The notes beneath the pieces were generated by a model, which did not search any database, was not told the DNA's origin, and saw nothing but the letters and a program-made list of their open reading frames with translations. A stretch of DNA of 63,854 bases, filler included, from Candidatus Methanoxibalbensis ujae (GTDB lineage: Archaea; Halobacteriota; Syntropharchaeia; Alkanophagales; Methanospirareceae): the NCBI GenBank assembly GCA_026134085.1. It is 3 parts of 3 records of this genome, joined end to end, with 100 filler letters (N's around TTAATTAATTAA, not from the genome) between each part and the next. Parts side by side here need not be neighbours in the genome. Positions count along the whole stretch, not along the records: positions 46,663 to 63,854 come from JAOQIN010000038.1; 2 more parts are not named here. The stretch is one strand, 5' to 3'. Shown here one piece after another: positions 60,529-63,854 of this stretch. The position numbers were made by a program, and so were the translations under genes. Every line of letters begins with the position of its first letter. The first letter of the stretch is position 1.

Positions 60529-61791
60529 GTGATAGAGATGGGTAAGTTATTTGCGCTTTTTGTGCTTGGTGTTTTTGCGTTTTTATTTATGCATGCGGTG
60601 CAGCTACCTGTGAGTGCGCAGTCCTTCTCCTCAATCGTAATCACGGATGTGCATCCGACCACGCTGCATCCCGGTGAGACCGCAGAGGTGACGATTGTCG
60701 TGAGGAACAACGGCGGAAGGGATGCGAGGGACATCCGCCTGGAATTTCAGGGGTCGCCTCAGCTCTCTGTCGTCGGTGCAACGGTCGCACACATCAACAC
60801 GCTCCCCGAATGGAGCGAAAAAGAGGTGAAGGTGACTGTGCATGTTGCGGATGACACGCCGAATGGCGTCTACTCAATACCGATTATCTGCTCCTGGAAG
60901 GAGCGTTATTTGGTGAATTTCAGCGTCGGCTATGTGACAGAGCCGAAGCCACCCGTTCAACTCGGCATTTCCTTCAATGTCATCGGCTCTCCCGTTATAA
61001 ATGTAGGTGCAATAAGCACGGAACCGCCAGACATTCGCCCTGGAGACGAAAATGTGAAGGTCACGGTGAGCATAGAAAACAGCGGGGAGGGGGATGCGAA
61101 GGATGTTGAGGCTTTTCTGCTCTTAAACAGCACTTTCAAGCCCTCTTGGTCTGGAACTGAGCGCTCTTACATCGGTAAATTGAGAATAGGCGACGCAAAG
61201 AATGCGATTTTCCACATAGATGTCGCAGATAACGCAAGTTCAAAGAATTACAAGATTCCGATTCGCATAAGATACAAGGACTCGCTTGAGAATGAGCATG
61301 AAGTTTTGCGGGAGATTGAGATTTTAGTGAAGCCGAAGCCCGATTTTGACGTTGTGGATGCGTGGACATCGCCAGAAAATGTGAGTGTGGGTGCGGAAGG
61401 CGTAAAGCTCTTCGTGAAATTGCGGAACACAGGCTCTGAGAAGGCTGAAGCGGTGAGCGTCCGTGCAGTCGGCGAGGCGGATGTCCCCTTTGACTACCTG
61501 GTGAAGAGCGGTTATGTCGGCGATTTGGAAGTCGGTGAAGAGGGCGTCGCAGTGCTTGAGTTTGATGTTGATGCGGATGCAACGCCGAAAACATACCTGC
61601 AGAGGATTGAAATTCGCTGCACCGGCGACAGAGAACTCAGCGACGAGAACACTTACATATTCCTGAAGCAGGTTGAGCTCCGCGTTTCAGGGAGCGGAAA
61701 AAAGGAAGGAAAACTCCCAGCATACGATTTCGCACTCGCTTCCCTCTCGCTGTTACTTGTTGCAGTATTGAAACGCAAGTGCCGAAGGTGA
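60529..61791 (+). CDS. COG1361 S-layer-domain (Ig-like) exported protein
   Basis: Signal peptide; three P..L.PG...N.G...A repeats; C-terminal PAY + TM + basic tail. Confidence 0.8.
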   Translation: MIEMGKLFALFVLGVFAFLFMHAVQLPVSAQSFSSIVITDVHPTTLHPGETAEVTIVVRNNGGRDARDIRLEFQGSPQLSVVGATVAHINTLPEWSEKEVKVTVHVADDTPNGVYSIPIICSWKERYLVNFSVGYVTEPKPPVQLGISFNVIGSPVINVGAISTEPPDIRPGDENVKVTVSIENSGEGDAKDVEAFLLLNSTFKPSWSGTERSYIGKLRIGDAKNAIFHIDVADNASSKNYKIPIRIRYKDSLENEHEVLREIEILVKPKPDFDVVDAWTSPENVSVGAEGVKLFVKLRNTGSEKAEAVSVRAVGEADVPFDYLVKSGYVGDLEVGEEGVAVLEFDVDADATPKTYLQRIEIRCTGDRELSDENTYIFLKQVELRVSGSGKKEGKLPAYDFALASLSLLLVAVLKRKCRR

Positions 61792-61923
61792 AATGGGTGG
61801 CAAAGAGACGAAGACAGGGGCAAAAAGAGGCAAAGCACGGTGAAGTAGTGGGGAAGCAAAGAGCGGAAGAGAAGAGGAGAAGCAGAGGAACGAGAAACGG
61901 TGAGCCGAAAAGGAGTGTGAAAA

Positions 61924-63854
61924 ATGGCGGGAATGGAGCAGATATTGAGCAAACTTGCACGCATTCAATACAAATATCATAAGATAATAGCGGTTATTGC
62001 AATAATTTTGACGCTGTTTCTCGCAACAGGATTGATGAAAGTGCATTTTCAGGGAGATATAACAAAAGAAATGCCTGAAGATTTGCCAGTTTTCGCCCTT
62101 TCAGAGAAAATAAGCGATACTTTCAGGGGTCAGGAGACGATTTTTGTCGTTGCGTGCCTGAACAAATCTGCCGACAGTGTGGAGGATTTAAGGGACCCTC
62201 GTGTGCTTTCGGCGGTTGCGGAGCTGCAAGAGCGATTGGAGAGAGAGCCTTCCGTGGATGCGGTTGAGTCTGTGGTTTCTTTCATTGGAGATCCCACGAA
62301 AGAGGAAGCGAAGCGGATTATCTCTGCGAACCCGCTTGCTAAGCGGTTTTTCAACAGAGAATACAGCGTGATGCTCGTCTCTGTGAAGCTCACATCAGGA
62401 CTTGCGGAGGAGCAGGTTCGCAAGACGATGGATATGATTCGGCAAAATTTGGATTCAATAAGCAGACCTCCTGGCGTTGATTTCCGCATCACAGGCTCAG
62501 CACCGCTTGTTGCAACGCTGCTTCGTCTGATGAGAGAGGACATGCTGCGCACAACTCTTTTCACGCTCCTTGTTCTCTTTTTCCTGCTGTCGCTACTTCA
62601 ACGCTCCTTCCTGAGAGGCTTCTTCGTCTTCATGCCACTTCTTTTCGCACTCACCTGGACCTTCGGCACGATGGGTCTCCTGCGAATACCAATATCAATA
62701 GCAACTGCGGGCATCGGTGCGATGATTGCGGGACTCGGCGTTGAATACGGCATTTTCATGGTCTCCCGCTACTACGAGGAGAAGTCAAGAAAAGACAGCG
62801 AAAATGCATTCGTGACAGCAGTGGCGAACATCGGACACTCAACTCTCGGCTCAGCAGCAACAACAGCAGCGGGCTTCTTCGCCCTCCTCCTCTCATTCAT
62901 GCCTCTCATTCAGCACCTCGGTCTGACACTCGGCATAAGCATCATTTACTGTTGGATTGCCGCTGTCGTCGTGAATCCATGCTTCGTCATTTGGGAGGAC
63001 AGGTGGAGCGAGAGAAAGCAGAGAAAAGGGGTCATGCGTCGTCGCAGCGACGATGAAAGAAGCAAAATAGTTGCGAGGGGCGGTGCTCTGGTGAGAGGCT
63101 ACGCAACGCAGCTCTCAAAGCATCCGCTCGTTTTCCTCCTGATTTTTCTCTTTCTGCTCACGCCTGTCATGGCGTTCTACGCATCGCAGGTGGAAACAAA
63201 GGGCATGCGCTACAAGGACATGCTTCCTGAAGGCGAGGAGGTCGTTGACACTTATTACCTGGTGGAGGACCAGTTCGCAGGCTCTTTCGCCGAAACGACT
63301 GTTGCGATTGAAATTGCACCCGAATATGCGAACTCAAACGAGGTGAGAGATGTGCGGGACCCCCGAGTTTTGCGTTTTGCAGACGCAATTACGCAGCGTG
63401 CAAGGACGATTGAGGGCGCTACTGACGCAAGAAGTGCTGCGGACATTGTCAAAATGTTCAACGGTGGCAGAGTTCCGAGCTCGTTGCGAGAAGTGAAGGA
63501 GATTTTGAGCAATGAAATGGCGGAGAAGCTTGTGAAGGATTTCATAAGCGATGACTACCGCATGACACTTGTCCGCATTTATTTTCTGGACGATGTTGAT
63601 GCGAAGCATGCGGAGCGGGAGCTTGAAGGCATTTTGAGCATGGTGCCTCCTCCCGGCGTCAAAGTTGAATTCACGGGAGACCCCGTGCCGATGGTGCCTG
63701 TAATGCAAAGGTTGTCTCAAGAAACAATGCAGAAAACTTCAATAGCGAGCATTTCAGCGATTATTATCCTACTAATAGTGCTTTTTGCATCTGTAAGATT
63801 CGGATTGACGCCACTTCTCACGATTCTCTGCGGCACTATTTGGACTTATGGTAT
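61924..63854 (+). CDS. RND/MMPL (HAE3) family transporter, 3' truncated
   Basis: Own translation MAGMEQILSKLARIQYKYHK...; duplicated halves (DPRVL, ITG/FTG); GLGVEYGI and SAATTAAGF motifs. Confidence 0.88.
   Translation, partial: MAGMEQILSKLARIQYKYHKIIAVIAIILTLFLATGLMKVHFQGDITKEMPEDLPVFALSEKISDTFRGQETIFVVACLNKSADSVEDLRDPRVLSAVAELQERLEREPSVDAVESVVSFIGDPTKEEAKRIISANPLAKRFFNREYSVMLVSVKLTSGLAEEQVRKTMDMIRQNLDSISRPPGVDFRITGSAPLVATLLRLMREDMLRTTLFTLLVLFFLLSLLQRSFLRGFFVFMPLLFALTWTFGTMGLLRIPISIATAGIGAMIAGLGVEYGIFMVSRYYEEKSRKDSENAFVTAVANIGHSTLGSAATTAAGFFALLLSFMPLIQHLGLTLGISIIYCWIAAVVVNPCFVIWEDRWSERKQRKGVMRRRSDDERSKIVARGGALVRGYATQLSKHPLVFLLIFLFLLTPVMAFYASQVETKGMRYKDMLPEGEEVVDTYYLVEDQFAGSFAETTVAIEIAPEYANSNEVRDVRDPRVLRFADAITQRARTIEGATDARSAADIVKMFNGGRVPSSLREVKEILSNEMAEKLVKDFISDDYRMTLVRIYFLDDVDAKHAERELEGILSMVPPPGVKVEFTGDPVPMVPVMQRLSQETMQKTSIASISAIIILLIVLFASVRFGLTPLLTILCGTIWTYG

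Overview
Archaeal (Halobacteriota-type) chromosomal window. Complete mtr operon, methanogenesis marker proteins 7/9/14/17, CdhE, beta-RFAP synthase, acyl-CoA dehydrogenase, EgsA and BpsA point to a thermophilic methane/alkane-metabolising archaeon; ANME-1 or Alkanophaga-like affinity is an inference only. The window is three contigs joined by two 100-nt N gaps with an artificial TTAATTAATTAA linker, so adjacency across 23869-23968 and 46563-46662 is unproven. It holds about 55 housekeeping CDS and 2 tRNAs, and the ATP synthase and spc ribosomal operons are fragmented. Most notable: (1) two inverted oriC-like units built of ORB boxes, with identical ends and the same 215-bp box-to-box span but diverged cores, bracketing rpl19e-rpl18-rps5-rpl30 with no cdc6 nearby, plus a further ORB at the nrdD promoter; (2) four IS200/IS605 derivatives of one family, two reduced to left end + TATA + omegaRNA-like scaffold + right end, i.e. 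candidate protein-free guide-RNA cassettes; (3) MtrA with an MtrF-type tail and the MtrA-type anchor as a separate gene; (4) NrdD with three inteins, one starting with Thr; (5) an orphan integron attC site in an AT-rich island next to tRNA-Asn; (6) pervasive short tandem duplications in and between genes.
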